NCBI GenBank assembly: GCA_002420005.1
Contig: DIHE01000147.1
Coordinates: forward strand, 36,006 to 100,005
Length of the DNA: 64,000 nt
Direction: 5' to 3'
DNA from: Holophagales bacterium UBA5704
Lineage (GTDB): Bacteria; Acidobacteriota; Thermoanaerobaculia; Multivoradales; UBA5704
Shown here: piece by piece, positions 18,293 to 27,091 of the stretch
How positions within the stretch are numbered: position 1 is the stretch's first letter
How the letters are laid out: each line of letters begins with the position of its first letter
Notes under the pieces: generated by a model
What the model saw: only the letters and a program-made list of their open reading frames with translations
Databases searched by the model: none
Told to the model about the DNA's origin: nothing
Translations under genes and position numbers: made by a program

Positions 18293-19602
18293 AGGCCTTC
18301 GGTCGCCTCGTCGATCCCCGGCTGGGCCTCCTGCGCCGCCTCGCCCTGGAGCCGCTGCCGCCGCACCTCCCCCCCGGCCTCTGCCAGGCCCGCGCCGAGA
18401 TCGCCGACAGCCGCGCCTTCTCCCCCTGGACGAGCGACGCCGCCGCGGCCGGGCTCGCCTGGTGGAACGCGGAGGCGGCCCGCGCCGCGGCGGTTGGTGA
18501 GGCGGTCGAGCGCTATTGCGGCAACGTCGTGCCCACCGGGCTGCGGCGCGCTTCCTACGCCGAGCTCGCCGCCGGTGGTGGGGCGGCCCTCGATCCGGCG
18601 GATCTCGCCCTCTATGCCCCGGAGCAGTATCGCCGGCGCGGTTTCCCCTTTGTGCCGTTCACCCGCGACCTGCAGGTGCTGTGGACCACGGGCTTCGATC
18701 TGGCCACCGGGGACTCCGTGGCCGTCCCGGCCTCCTGGGTGTGGACCTCGTGGAGCACCGGGCCGGCGGCCGGCGAGCCGAAGACCCACGGCACGATCTA
18801 CGCAGGCATCGCGGCCGGCCCGTCCCGGGAGGAGGCCGAGCGCAGCGCTCTCGCGGAGCTCGTGGAACGCGATGCGGTCCACCTCGCCTGGACGGCCGGC
18901 GTCCCCCTCCCCCGGCTCACGCCACCGGCCTGGATGGAGCCCTTGCTCACCGCTGCGCGCGGGGCGGTCACCGCCGAGCTGTACCTCTTCCCCAACGCCT
19001 TCGGCCTGCCGGTCGTCGGCGCCCTCCTGCGCGACCGGGAGGCCGGCGTGGTGACCCTGGGCCAGGCCTGCCGCACCACACCCGTCGACGCGGCCCTCAA
19101 AGCGGTGGCCGAGGCCGCCCAGCTCAACCTGGTCGCCCGCGCCCTGGCCGACCCGCAAACCGGCCTCGCCGACCGCCTCGCCGCCGTCCCCGGCGCCGCG
19201 CTCCATCCCTGGCGGGCCGACCGCGGCTACGCCGCGCTCTACGGTCCCCTCTGGCGCGGCGCCCGCGATCTCCTGTGCCATCTCCAGCTCCATCTCGATC
19301 CGGCTCTGCACAAGCCCCTCGCCGATCGGCTCGCCACCGGAGGCACCCGGCCCCTGGCCGACCTCCCCGCCGCCGGCCCCGAAACCCGGGAGACCTACCT
19401 GACGCGCCTGCACGCCCGCGGCTTCCGCGCCGTCTCGGTCGACGTCACCACCTCCGACGTCGCCCCGACGGGCCTGCGCGTCGTCCGGGTCGTGGTCCCC
19501 GGGCTCTACGCCAATGCCCCCGCCGCCTTCCCCTATCTGGGAGGACGGCGGCTGGCGGAGGCGGGCGGGGTGCGCTGCACCCTGCCGCCTCCCTATGCGT
19601 GA
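18289..19602 (+). CDS. YcaO-family protein (copy 2)
   Basis: AVGEAVERYCGN, AGIAAG...ALAELVERDA, VDVTTSDV...VVRVVVPGL, C-terminus TLPPPYA. GTG start overlaps the previous stop. Visibly paralogous to copy 1. Confidence 0.92.
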   Translation: MKAFGRLVDPRLGLLRRLALEPLPPHLPPGLCQARAEIADSRAFSPWTSDAAAAGLAWWNAEAARAAAVGEAVERYCGNVVPTGLRRASYAELAAGGGAALDPADLALYAPEQYRRRGFPFVPFTRDLQVLWTTGFDLATGDSVAVPASWVWTSWSTGPAAGEPKTHGTIYAGIAAGPSREEAERSALAELVERDAVHLAWTAGVPLPRLTPPAWMEPLLTAARGAVTAELYLFPNAFGLPVVGALLRDREAGVVTLGQACRTTPVDAALKAVAEAAQLNLVARALADPQTGLADRLAAVPGAALHPWRADRGYAALYGPLWRGARDLLCHLQLHLDPALHKPLADRLATGGTRPLADLPAAGPETRETYLTRLHARGFRAVSVDVTTSDVAPTGLRVVRVVVPGLYANAPAAFPYLGGRRLAEAGGVRCTLPPPYA

Positions 19603-19857
19603 GGTGGACCACGCTAGAGCAGGAGCGCCGCGGGGTCGCTTGCGTGCCGTAGGTGCGTGAGTGCGATGACTCAGCTGCGGGAGCTTACTGTATAATAGGG
19701 GAGAATGAAATCGCTCCTGAAGGGCACCCTACCAACTCCCAAGCTCTCGGAGGGGCGTTCTGATACAGGAGTGTAGCCAGAGCCTTCTTCTCGCCGCAAA
19801 TAGAACTCGGCGAAGCCTGGGCAATGCTGGGCGTCGCCACCATGAGGGAGAAACGCT

Positions 19858-20277
19858 ATGCGTAAATCGTTGGCACTGATCCCCATCCTGGCCATCCTGG
19901 AAGCACTCAGCTCGTGCGCAAGTGCAAACTTCACGCCTGCTCAACAGGCTTGGATGGCCAAGAGAGACCAGCAGCCGCTGAGCTTCGTCGTCCCCGCCGC
20001 CGAGGCCAATGCCGCTTGGGCGCGAGCACAAGAGTGGATTGCACGGTTCGGCCAACTGCCGATTCTCACTACCAACGAGAGTGTAATCCAAACACAGCAA
20101 CCCGAGTATCCCGCTGCTGAGGTAGGAATGAAAGCCGTTCGGAGTCAGCTTCCGAACGGGGACTATCAGTTTTATGTCGACGCACTGAGTGCCAACGTCT
20201 TCTCGCGACCTCAGATGATGCGAATGGCTCAAGCCTGTGCCTATTACATTGCGAGCGGAATTCCCTATCCCGAATGA
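19858..20277 (+). CDS. Hypothetical lipoprotein
   Basis: GAGGGAG RBS, hydrophobic signal and LSSC lipobox. Confidence 0.65.
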   Translation: MRKSLALIPILAILEALSSCASANFTPAQQAWMAKRDQQPLSFVVPAAEANAAWARAQEWIARFGQLPILTTNESVIQTQQPEYPAAEVGMKAVRSQLPNGDYQFYVDALSANVFSRPQMMRMAQACAYYIASGIPYPE

Positions 20278-20389
20278 CCCCGCTGAGCCTGGCAAGGGCG
20301 GTGCCCCCCATTCATCACAGGCGCGAGGTTCGCCCCTCCGGGAAGACTTCTCGCGGAGAACGGTCGCTCACACTCAAGGGGTTCTTGGA

Positions 20390-21205
20390 ATGAAGACGCA
20401 CCTTGGAATTCTACTCGGCCTTGCGTACATTGCTGGATTTCTTTCTGTTCAGGTTCACCTGCTCCGCTTTGGTATCCTGGAGATTTCTGCCCTTCAGGCC
20501 TACTACATTCTCGTGGGTTTCTGGTTCCTTCTGTGCATAGCGCCCGCACTGGCGACCATCCTCGCCTTGGAGTACGCGCTTTCGCCTTCGGACTCGCGGC
20601 GAGTCAGGGTCCTTGTCGTGCTCACCGGAGGTACAATTGCCGCAGCCGCAATCGCGGGAGGAAGCCGATTCGCTGCTCATCAGATGATTCTTAACTTCAA
20701 CGCCTATCCATACCCTTCTTGGTATGCAGTTGCAAACCTCGCAAATATGAATTTTTCCCTGGTTTTAGTCTGGGTTCTATCATTCGCCTACTCCAGGTTT
20801 ACGGGCTCCAAGAGAACAGCACGAAAGATTGGAGCCGCAGCCGGGGCGATCGCCTTATCTAGTGCAATTATATTCTTTGGTCGCACCATCTATCCTGCAT
20901 TGGATCATGGCGTGGGTGGAGGGGCGCCGCAGTTCGTCGAAATCATGGAAGACAACGGCCACCGCCGCATCGCGATGCAGATCCACGCTGGCGAAAATTA
21001 TCTCTACCTTCTAGAGCTTACGGCACTACCGGCGAAATTCGAGAGTCGCTTAGCCATAACGCAGTTCACAACAGATTCAGGTGGCCCCGTCTTCCGCGCC
21101 CTCGCCGACAACCAGATTCTTAAACTGAGAAACAGTCGCATAGATATTGTTAGAATCTTCGGACTCAGTCAGAGAGGAACCATTGGTAGCTACCTCGGCA
21201 AGTGA
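20390..21205 (+). CDS. Hypothetical multi-pass membrane protein
   Basis: About five hydrophobic segments followed by a soluble C-terminal domain. Low-GC codon usage. Start assumed at the ATG at 20390. Confidence 0.55.
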   Translation: MKTHLGILLGLAYIAGFLSVQVHLLRFGILEISALQAYYILVGFWFLLCIAPALATILALEYALSPSDSRRVRVLVVLTGGTIAAAAIAGGSRFAAHQMILNFNAYPYPSWYAVANLANMNFSLVLVWVLSFAYSRFTGSKRTARKIGAAAGAIALSSAIIFFGRTIYPALDHGVGGGAPQFVEIMEDNGHRRIAMQIHAGENYLYLLELTALPAKFESRLAITQFTTDSGGPVFRALADNQILKLRNSRIDIVRIFGLSQRGTIGSYLGK

Positions 21206-21550
21206 AACACTTACCCTACCTCAGGCACGCCACCGAGCGGAGAGCCCCGCGTTGTTCTCCAGCTGGCGCCGTGAATAGGAATGGTCCGAGGGATCGGTAG
21301 ATCGGCCCAAGCGAGAGAAGATCGGCGAGACCGCCTGGCGGGTGGATAATCCGGACCTTGGACCGTAGGGTCCTGCCTTGCGTTCCAGCGACTCCCGCCC
21401 ACATGTGCCTGCCGGACCTTGATCTGAGTGAGGCTCGCCACCCAAGGACCGGGAGCCTCCGCCCGCGGGCGGGGTACCCCCGCATCTCGGGTATTGGCGC
21501 TATACTTCCGTGCGTCCAGCCCTTCTTGCGGGCTGGCAGAGGAGTTTTGA

Positions 21551-21790
21551 ATGTACGCTGTCTACACGCTCCGTGCCGAAGAGCTCGACCTGCGCTTTCT
21601 CGAGACACTCAAGAGTCAGTTCCGTGATCGTGAAATCGAGATCGCGATCTGTGAGGTCGCAGGGCGGGCCGAGGATGAGACCGCCTACCTCCTCCGCTCC
21701 CCCGCCAATCGGGAGCGCCTCCTGGACGCCATCGAGAACGTGAGCCAAGGCAGGGAGATCGTGACCCTCGACCCCGCCGAGCTTCGATGA
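21551..21790 (+). CDS. Antitoxin with a YefM-like C-terminal segment
   Basis: DETAYLLRSPANRERLLDAI resembles the YoeB-binding region of YefM. GAGGAG RBS. ATGA overlap with the toxin. Confidence 0.75.
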   Translation: MYAVYTLRAEELDLRFLETLKSQFRDREIEIAICEVAGRAEDETAYLLRSPANRERLLDAIENVSQGREIVTLDPAELR

Positions 21791-22044
21791 AGAAGATCGC
21801 TTTCGAGCGGCGCGCCTTCGAGGACTTCACCGACTGGGCAACTACCGATCGGCAGACCCACAAACGCATCGTCGCCCTCATCGCCGACATTCTGCGAGAG
21901 CCTTTTTCGGGCCTGGGAAAGCCTGAGCCCTTGCGCCATGAGATGCAGGGGTACTGGTCCCGCCGGATCGACCAGGAGCATCGACTGGTCTACAGAGTGG
22001 ATCCGGACGCGGTGACCATCATCGCCTGCAAGTACCACTACTGA
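21787..22044 (+). CDS. yoeB: Txe/YoeB-family mRNA interferase toxin
   Basis: GLGKPEPLRH...GYWSRRIDQEHRLVY...CKYHY C-terminal signature. Confidence 0.93.
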   Translation: MKKIAFERRAFEDFTDWATTDRQTHKRIVALIADILREPFSGLGKPEPLRHEMQGYWSRRIDQEHRLVYRVDPDAVTIIACKYHY

Positions 22045-22080
22045 CTCCTCGAACGGCGGACGGCGCCCGGGGCCGGTGCC

Positions 22081-22827
22081 TCAGTGCCGGACGCAGAACC
22101 GCTCCCCGCCCGGGGTGCGCACCACGCTGAGCACGCCCCGGCGGCGGAGCTGGCTGAGCAGGCGGGTGACGGTGGCCCGGGTGCCTCCGACCGCCGAGGC
22201 GATCTGCGCGTGGGTCAGCCGGACGTCGAGCAGCAGGCCGCGGGGATGCGGCCGGCCGAAGGGCTCGGCGAGCAGATGGAGGATGCCCAGCACCCGCTGC
22301 TCCATGTGCGGCCGGGCCTGCATGGAGGCCCAGGCCTCCATCTGCCGCAGCCGGTACCGCAGCCGCTCGGCCAGCTCGGGCTGACGGATCGCCTCGACCC
22401 AGGTGTGGGTGCGGACCTCGACCTCGGTGTGGGCGGTCAGCTCGAGGGCGCAGCCATGGGCCGGATGCCCCGGCAGAAGCCGGCCGGGGCCGAACAGGCC
22501 CAGCAGGACCTCCGCGCCGTCCGCATGCAGCGCGGTAAGCGCCACCACCCCCTCCTTCACTTCGAGAACCGCGTCGTCCGGCAACGAGATGAGCTGCCCC
22601 TGGCGATAGCGGTGCCGGCGGTGGGCCGCCGGGGCCGGAGCGGGGGGCGGCGGGGCCGGCGCCACGGCCGGGCCGGCGGCCATCGACGACAGCACGCTGC
22701 GCACCGTGCGTTCCATCTGATCCGGCGGCAGGTCGTCCGACACGAGGGTGATGCAGCACTCGCCGCCGAGCAGGCCGGCGAGATCGGTGGCGCGTTCTTT
22801 CGGGCCGAGAAACACCAGATGATGCAT
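22081..22827 (-). CDS. Crp/Fnr-family transcriptional regulator
   Basis: cNMP-like beta-barrel (VKEGVVALTALHADGAEVLLGLFGPG) and HTH_Crp (LTHAQIASAVGGTRATVTRLL). Confidence 0.85.
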   Translation of the reverse strand: MHHLVFLGPKERATDLAGLLGGECCITLVSDDLPPDQMERTVRSVLSSMAAGPAVAPAPPPPAPAPAAHRRHRYRQGQLISLPDDAVLEVKEGVVALTALHADGAEVLLGLFGPGRLLPGHPAHGCALELTAHTEVEVRTHTWVEAIRQPELAERLRYRLRQMEAWASMQARPHMEQRVLGILHLLAEPFGRPHPRGLLLDVRLTHAQIASAVGGTRATVTRLLSQLRRRGVLSVVRTPGGERFCVRH

Positions 22828-22839
22828 GACGACATCTCC

Positions 22840-25278
22840 TCACTCGTTGCGCAGGGCGACCTGGGGGTCCACCCGCATCGCCCGTCGCGCCGGCACCCAG
22901 CCGGCGACGAGAGCCACCGCGGCCAGCAGGCACGCCACCGCGGCGAAGGTCCATGGATCGACCGGCTGCACGCCGTAGAGCAGCCCCGCCAGGGTCCGGG
23001 AGAGCAACAACGCTCCCAGCCCACCGGCCACCAGGCCCACACCGGTGAGCCGCAGGGCCTCGCCCAGCACCTCGCGCCGGACCTCCCCCGGCGCCGCGCC
23101 GAGGGCCATGCGGACACCGATCTCCCGCGTCCTCCGCCCCACCGAGAAGGCCAGGACGCCGTAGAGGCCGGTCGCCGCCAGAGCCAGGGCGAGAAGGGCG
23201 AAGCCGCCAAACAGAAGGCCCGCGAGACGCTGCCGCCAGACCGTGTCCAGCACCCGCCGGCGCAGGGTGCGGAAGTCGTCGACCGGCTGGTCGGGATCGA
23301 CCGCGGCCACGGCGCGGCGCACCGGCTCGATCAGCGCCTCCGGCCTCCCCGCGCCCGGACGCAGGCGCACCGCCACGTGAAACCAGCCGTCCGGCACCTG
23401 CCGCGCCGAGAGGTACACGGCGTACCCCGGCGGCTGCAGCAGATCGTCGTGGCGCACGTCGCCCGCGATCCCGACCACCGTCAGCCAGGGCGACTCCTCC
23501 ACCCGGCCGTCGATCCGGCGCAGCCGGCGGCCCAGAGCGGAGCCGTCCGGCCAGAGGAGGCGGGCCAGCCGGTGACCGATCACGGCGGTGCGCGGCGCCC
23601 CCTCGCGGTCCTCCTCGCCGAGCGGACGCCCGCTCTCCAGAGGGATGCGCAGCGTGGCGAAGTAGCCCGGGGTGACGGTCTGGAAATGCACATAGGGGTT
23701 GCGGGTCCCGGCCTCCGCAGGCTGCCCTTCGGCCAGAACCAGCCCGCGGTCGGGCCGGTCGGCGCCGGCCAGGGGGAGGTTGGTGTTGAGCGCCGCCGAG
23801 GCGACTCCGGGAAGCGCTTCGACCTTCGCCAGCAGGTCACGCTGGAAGGGGACGATCCGCTCCTCCGGGTAGGTCCAGGGCAACGCCAGGCGGAAGGTGA
23901 GCACGCCGTCGGGATCGAAGCCCGCCGGCACCTGCCAGATCGCCACAAAGGTCCGCGTCAGGAGGCCGGCTCCCACCAGAAGCATCAAGGAGAGCGCCAC
24001 CTCGACGACGACCAGGGCGGCGCGCAGCCGGCGGTGCTCCACGCCGCCGACGGCCCCCTTGGCCGTACCCGCCTGGAGGGCGGCCAGCAGCCGCCCGGAG
24101 CCGGCGCGGACGGCCGGGAGAAGCCCGGCTCCGAGACCCACCAGAAACGCCACCAGGAAGGTGAACGCCACCACCCGACCATCCAGGCGGGCCTCCATCC
24201 AGAGAGGAAGGTCGAGGCGCACGGCCGCGGCGATCCCGCGCAAGCACCCGAAGGCGACCAGGAGGCCCAAGGCGCCGCCGAGGAACGAGAGCAACAGGCT
24301 CTCCGCCAGGAGCTGCCGGAGCACCGCGCCCCGCCCTGCGCCGAGCGCAAAGCGCAGCGCGATCTCCCGCTCCCGCTCCAGAGCCCGGGCCAGCAGGAGG
24401 TTCGCCACGTTGACGCAGGCGATCAGCAGAACCAGCAGAACCGCCCCGGCGATCAGCAGCAGATACGGCCGGATCGGCCCGACAGAGCTCTCGCGCAGAG
24501 AGAGGAGCCGCAGCTCCACCCCGCCATTGGTGGCCGGCTCGGTGCGCTGCAACGTCTTGCCCAGCGCCGCCACGGCGGCGGCGGCCTGCTCCAGCGAGAC
24601 GCCGGGGCGCAACCGCGCCAACACCACCACCCGGCGCACCGAGCGGTCCTCCAGGTTGGGGAAGAACCGGCTGATGTAGAGCGAGCGGTAGAGGTCGGTC
24701 TGCGCCGGCAGCTCGATGCCCTCGGGAAGGACGCCGAACACGGTATAGGACGGGCGCTGTGCCGGCGAGGCGTCGAGGGTCACCGTACGCCCCACCACTG
24801 CGGGATCGCCGCCGAGCTTCCGCTTCCAGACACGATGGCTGAGCACGATGCCGAAGTTGCGGGAGCGGTCGAACTCCTCCGGCCAGGGGCCGCCGTGGAG
24901 AAACGAGACGCCGAGCACCCGGAAGAGGTTCTGGCTCGCCACGATGGCCGGGAGCTTCTCGGGATCGCCCGCGCCGGAGAGCGTATAGGCCGAGTCGGGA
25001 ACGTAGGCCGCCACCTCGGTGAACACGGAGGTCCGCTCGCGCAGGTCGAGCACCTCGCGCATCGCGAGCGGCCCGCGCTCGCCACCGCGCACCGTCTCCA
25101 GCCGCACCAGCCGGTCGGGGTCGCGAAAGGGCGGAGGCTGAAGCAGGACGGCGTCGATCACACTGAACACGGCGGCGTTCGCGCCGATCCCCAGGCCGAG
25201 CGTGACGAGGATCAAGGCGGTGACCGCCGGCCGCCGGGCCAGGGATCGCCAGGCGGCCCGCAGCAGCGGCGGGGTCAT
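22840..25278 (-). CDS. ADOP/MacB-like duplicated ABC transporter permease (two FtsX domains)
   Basis: TLGLGIGANAAVFSVIDAVLL, LLIACVNVANLLLAR..REREIALRFALGA, RRTREIGVRMALGA and PARRAMRVDPQVALRNE. Confidence 0.9.
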   Translation of the reverse strand: MTPPLLRAAWRSLARRPAVTALILVTLGLGIGANAAVFSVIDAVLLQPPPFRDPDRLVRLETVRGGERGPLAMREVLDLRERTSVFTEVAAYVPDSAYTLSGAGDPEKLPAIVASQNLFRVLGVSFLHGGPWPEEFDRSRNFGIVLSHRVWKRKLGGDPAVVGRTVTLDASPAQRPSYTVFGVLPEGIELPAQTDLYRSLYISRFFPNLEDRSVRRVVVLARLRPGVSLEQAAAAVAALGKTLQRTEPATNGGVELRLLSLRESSVGPIRPYLLLIAGAVLLVLLIACVNVANLLLARALEREREIALRFALGAGRGAVLRQLLAESLLLSFLGGALGLLVAFGCLRGIAAAVRLDLPLWMEARLDGRVVAFTFLVAFLVGLGAGLLPAVRAGSGRLLAALQAGTAKGAVGGVEHRRLRAALVVVEVALSLMLLVGAGLLTRTFVAIWQVPAGFDPDGVLTFRLALPWTYPEERIVPFQRDLLAKVEALPGVASAALNTNLPLAGADRPDRGLVLAEGQPAEAGTRNPYVHFQTVTPGYFATLRIPLESGRPLGEEDREGAPRTAVIGHRLARLLWPDGSALGRRLRRIDGRVEESPWLTVVGIAGDVRHDDLLQPPGYAVYLSARQVPDGWFHVAVRLRPGAGRPEALIEPVRRAVAAVDPDQPVDDFRTLRRRVLDTVWRQRLAGLLFGGFALLALALAATGLYGVLAFSVGRRTREIGVRMALGAAPGEVRREVLGEALRLTGVGLVAGGLGALLLSRTLAGLLYGVQPVDPWTFAAVACLLAAVALVAGWVPARRAMRVDPQVALRNE

Positions 25279-26063
25279 GACACCCTCCCGGGCAGGGCGA
25301 CCATCTCGGCCACCGCGGAGCCGAACGTCCGCTCGAAGACGCCGGACTCGATCAGCTCCCCGGCGCCGCCGGCCACCAGCGGCCCTCCCTTGGGCAGCAG
25401 CCAGAGGCGGTCGGCGTTGCGCAGGGCCAGCTCCAGATCGTGGGTCGACAGGAGGACGGCCTTGCCTTCGTCGTGCGCCAGCCGGCGCAGGATGCGCAGA
25501 ACCTCCACCCGGTGCGGCAGGTCGAGGAACGCCGTCACCTCGTCGAGGAGCAGCACCTCCGGCTCCTGCGCCAGGGCGCGCGCGATCATCACCTTTTGCC
25601 GCTCGCCGTCCGACAGCTCGGCGACGCTGCGGCCGGCCAGGTCCTGCGCTCCCACGGCGGCGAGGGACCGTTGGACGATCGCGTGATCGGCCGCGGCGAG
25701 CCGCCCCGACCAACCGGTGTACGGGTAGCGGCCGAGCTCCACCAGGGCGGTGGCGGTGAGCGCCTCGACGACGATGCGGTCGGTGAGCACCACGGCGAGA
25801 TGGCGGGCCAGCCGCCGCGGCCCCAGCTCCCGCAGATCCTCGCCGGCGACCACCACCCGCCCGGCGAGCGGCGGCTGCATGCCGGCCAGCGTGCGCAGCA
25901 AGGTGGACTTGCCGGCGCCGTTCGGCCCCAGGAAACAGACGAGCTCGCCGCGGCGCAGCACCGTCTCGATACCCTCCAGCACCGGCCGCGGCCGGCGATG
26001 CCGGACATAGCCGACCGCAAGCCCTTCGACGCGGAGCGGGGGCCGGTTTGCGTCGTCTCTCAT
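25275..26063 (-). CDS. Iron-siderophore/cobalamin ABC transporter ATP-binding protein (FecE/BtuD-like)
   Basis: GPNGAGKSTLLR, LGRYPYTGW, LSDGERQKVMIARALAQEP and LLLDE..AFLDLPHR. Confidence 0.9.
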   Translation of the reverse strand: MRDDANRPPLRVEGLAVGYVRHRRPRPVLEGIETVLRRGELVCFLGPNGAGKSTLLRTLAGMQPPLAGRVVVAGEDLRELGPRRLARHLAVVLTDRIVVEALTATALVELGRYPYTGWSGRLAAADHAIVQRSLAAVGAQDLAGRSVAELSDGERQKVMIARALAQEPEVLLLDEVTAFLDLPHRVEVLRILRRLAHDEGKAVLLSTHDLELALRNADRLWLLPKGGPLVAGGAGELIESGVFERTFGSAVAEMVALPGRVS

Positions 26064-27091
26064 AGCTCCAGGGCCCTCCCGCGGCGTTGGCGCAGGATCA
26101 CCCAGAGGACGACCGGCGCTCCGACCAGCGCGTTGACGGCGTTCAGATGCAGAAAATGGCGGTCCCAGGGGAGATGGACGATCAGGTCCGCGCCCAGGGC
26201 GAGGAGCGCCCCCAGGAGAGCCACCCCCGGCACCAGCCGCCGGTGGTCCGAGGTGCGCAGCAGGCCCCGGCCGAGATGGGGGACGGCGATGTCGAGAAAC
26301 GCGATGGCCCCGCAATACGCCGTCACGGTGCCGGCGAGGACGACCGTCCCCAGGAGCGCCGCGGTGCGCACGCCACCCACCGCGGCCCCCAGCGACCGCG
26401 CGTAGCGCTCGCCGAGCAGGAGCGCATTGAGCGGCTTCACCAGGAGCACCGCACCGAGGAGACCCGCCAGCAGAGCGGGGACGAGCACCCCCAGCCGCGC
26501 CGGGGTGACGCCGCCGAAGCTGCCATCCAGCCAGTTGGAGAAGATCCGGCTCTGGGTCTCGGTGGTGAAGTGGAGGACCAGGCTGACCAGACCCTGCGAC
26601 AAATACCCGAACATCAACCCGACGATGAGCAAGGTGACCGCGCTCACCTGCCGCGCAGCCGCGGTGACCGCCAGCAGCACCAGAGACGCACCGAGGAAGG
26701 CCCCGGCGGTCAGCGACAGCTCGCCGAGCCAGGCGAGGCGCGCCAGGAGCTCCGAGCCCACCGCCGCCGCCGCGGTCACCACCAGGGCCACGCCGAGCTG
26801 CGCCCCGGCCGTGACGCCGAGCGCCCAGGGGCCGGCGAGGGGATTGCGGAAGAGTGTCTGCATCTGGAGCCCCGCGACCGCCAGGGCGGCGCCGGACAAC
26901 GCCGCCGCCAACGCCCGCGGCAGGCGCAGCTCGAAGAGGATGGTCGACCAGGTGGCCTTCGCCGCCGCACCGCCACCGAGAAGGGAGAGCACGTCGCGCA
27001 GCGGAATGGCCACCGAGCCGATCGACAGGCTGAGCAGAAACAGGGCCACCACCGCGACGGCCAACAGCAGGAGCAAGGCGCCGGATCGCAT
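26060..27091 (-). CDS. FecCD/BtuC-family ABC permease
   Basis: LRLPRALAA, GLQMQTLFRNPLAGPWALG, LNALLLGERYARSLG and GAIAFLDIAVPHL. Confidence 0.92.
   Translation of the reverse strand: MRSGALLLLLAVAVVALFLLSLSIGSVAIPLRDVLSLLGGGAAAKATWSTILFELRLPRALAAALSGAALAVAGLQMQTLFRNPLAGPWALGVTAGAQLGVALVVTAAAAVGSELLARLAWLGELSLTAGAFLGASLVLLAVTAAARQVSAVTLLIVGLMFGYLSQGLVSLVLHFTTETQSRIFSNWLDGSFGGVTPARLGVLVPALLAGLLGAVLLVKPLNALLLGERYARSLGAAVGGVRTAALLGTVVLAGTVTAYCGAIAFLDIAVPHLGRGLLRTSDHRRLVPGVALLGALLALGADLIVHLPWDRHFLHLNAVNALVGAPVVLWVILRQRRGRALEL

Larger units (their letters stand above)
19620..21500. other. Lower-GC inserted segment (probable horizontally acquired DNA)
   Basis: Abrupt rise in A/T content and in A/T-ending codons relative to the flanks. 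Carries two hypothetical genes. No integrase or terminal repeats seen. Confidence 0.6.

Noticed and set aside
12636..19602. Thioamitide, thiopeptide or classical TOMM/LAP assignment
   Set aside because: No TfuA and no lanthipeptide dehydratase are present, and the precursor has no Cys and no Ser/Thr/Cys-rich C-terminal core.
22084..25686. Very long alternative-frame ORFs (e.g. 22084-25686 +, 48229-52062 -, 56594-59734 +, 35821-38475 +)
   Set aside because: They are antisense or frame-shifted shadows of well-supported genes. Stop codons are rare in GC-rich DNA and the translations have no recognisable motifs.
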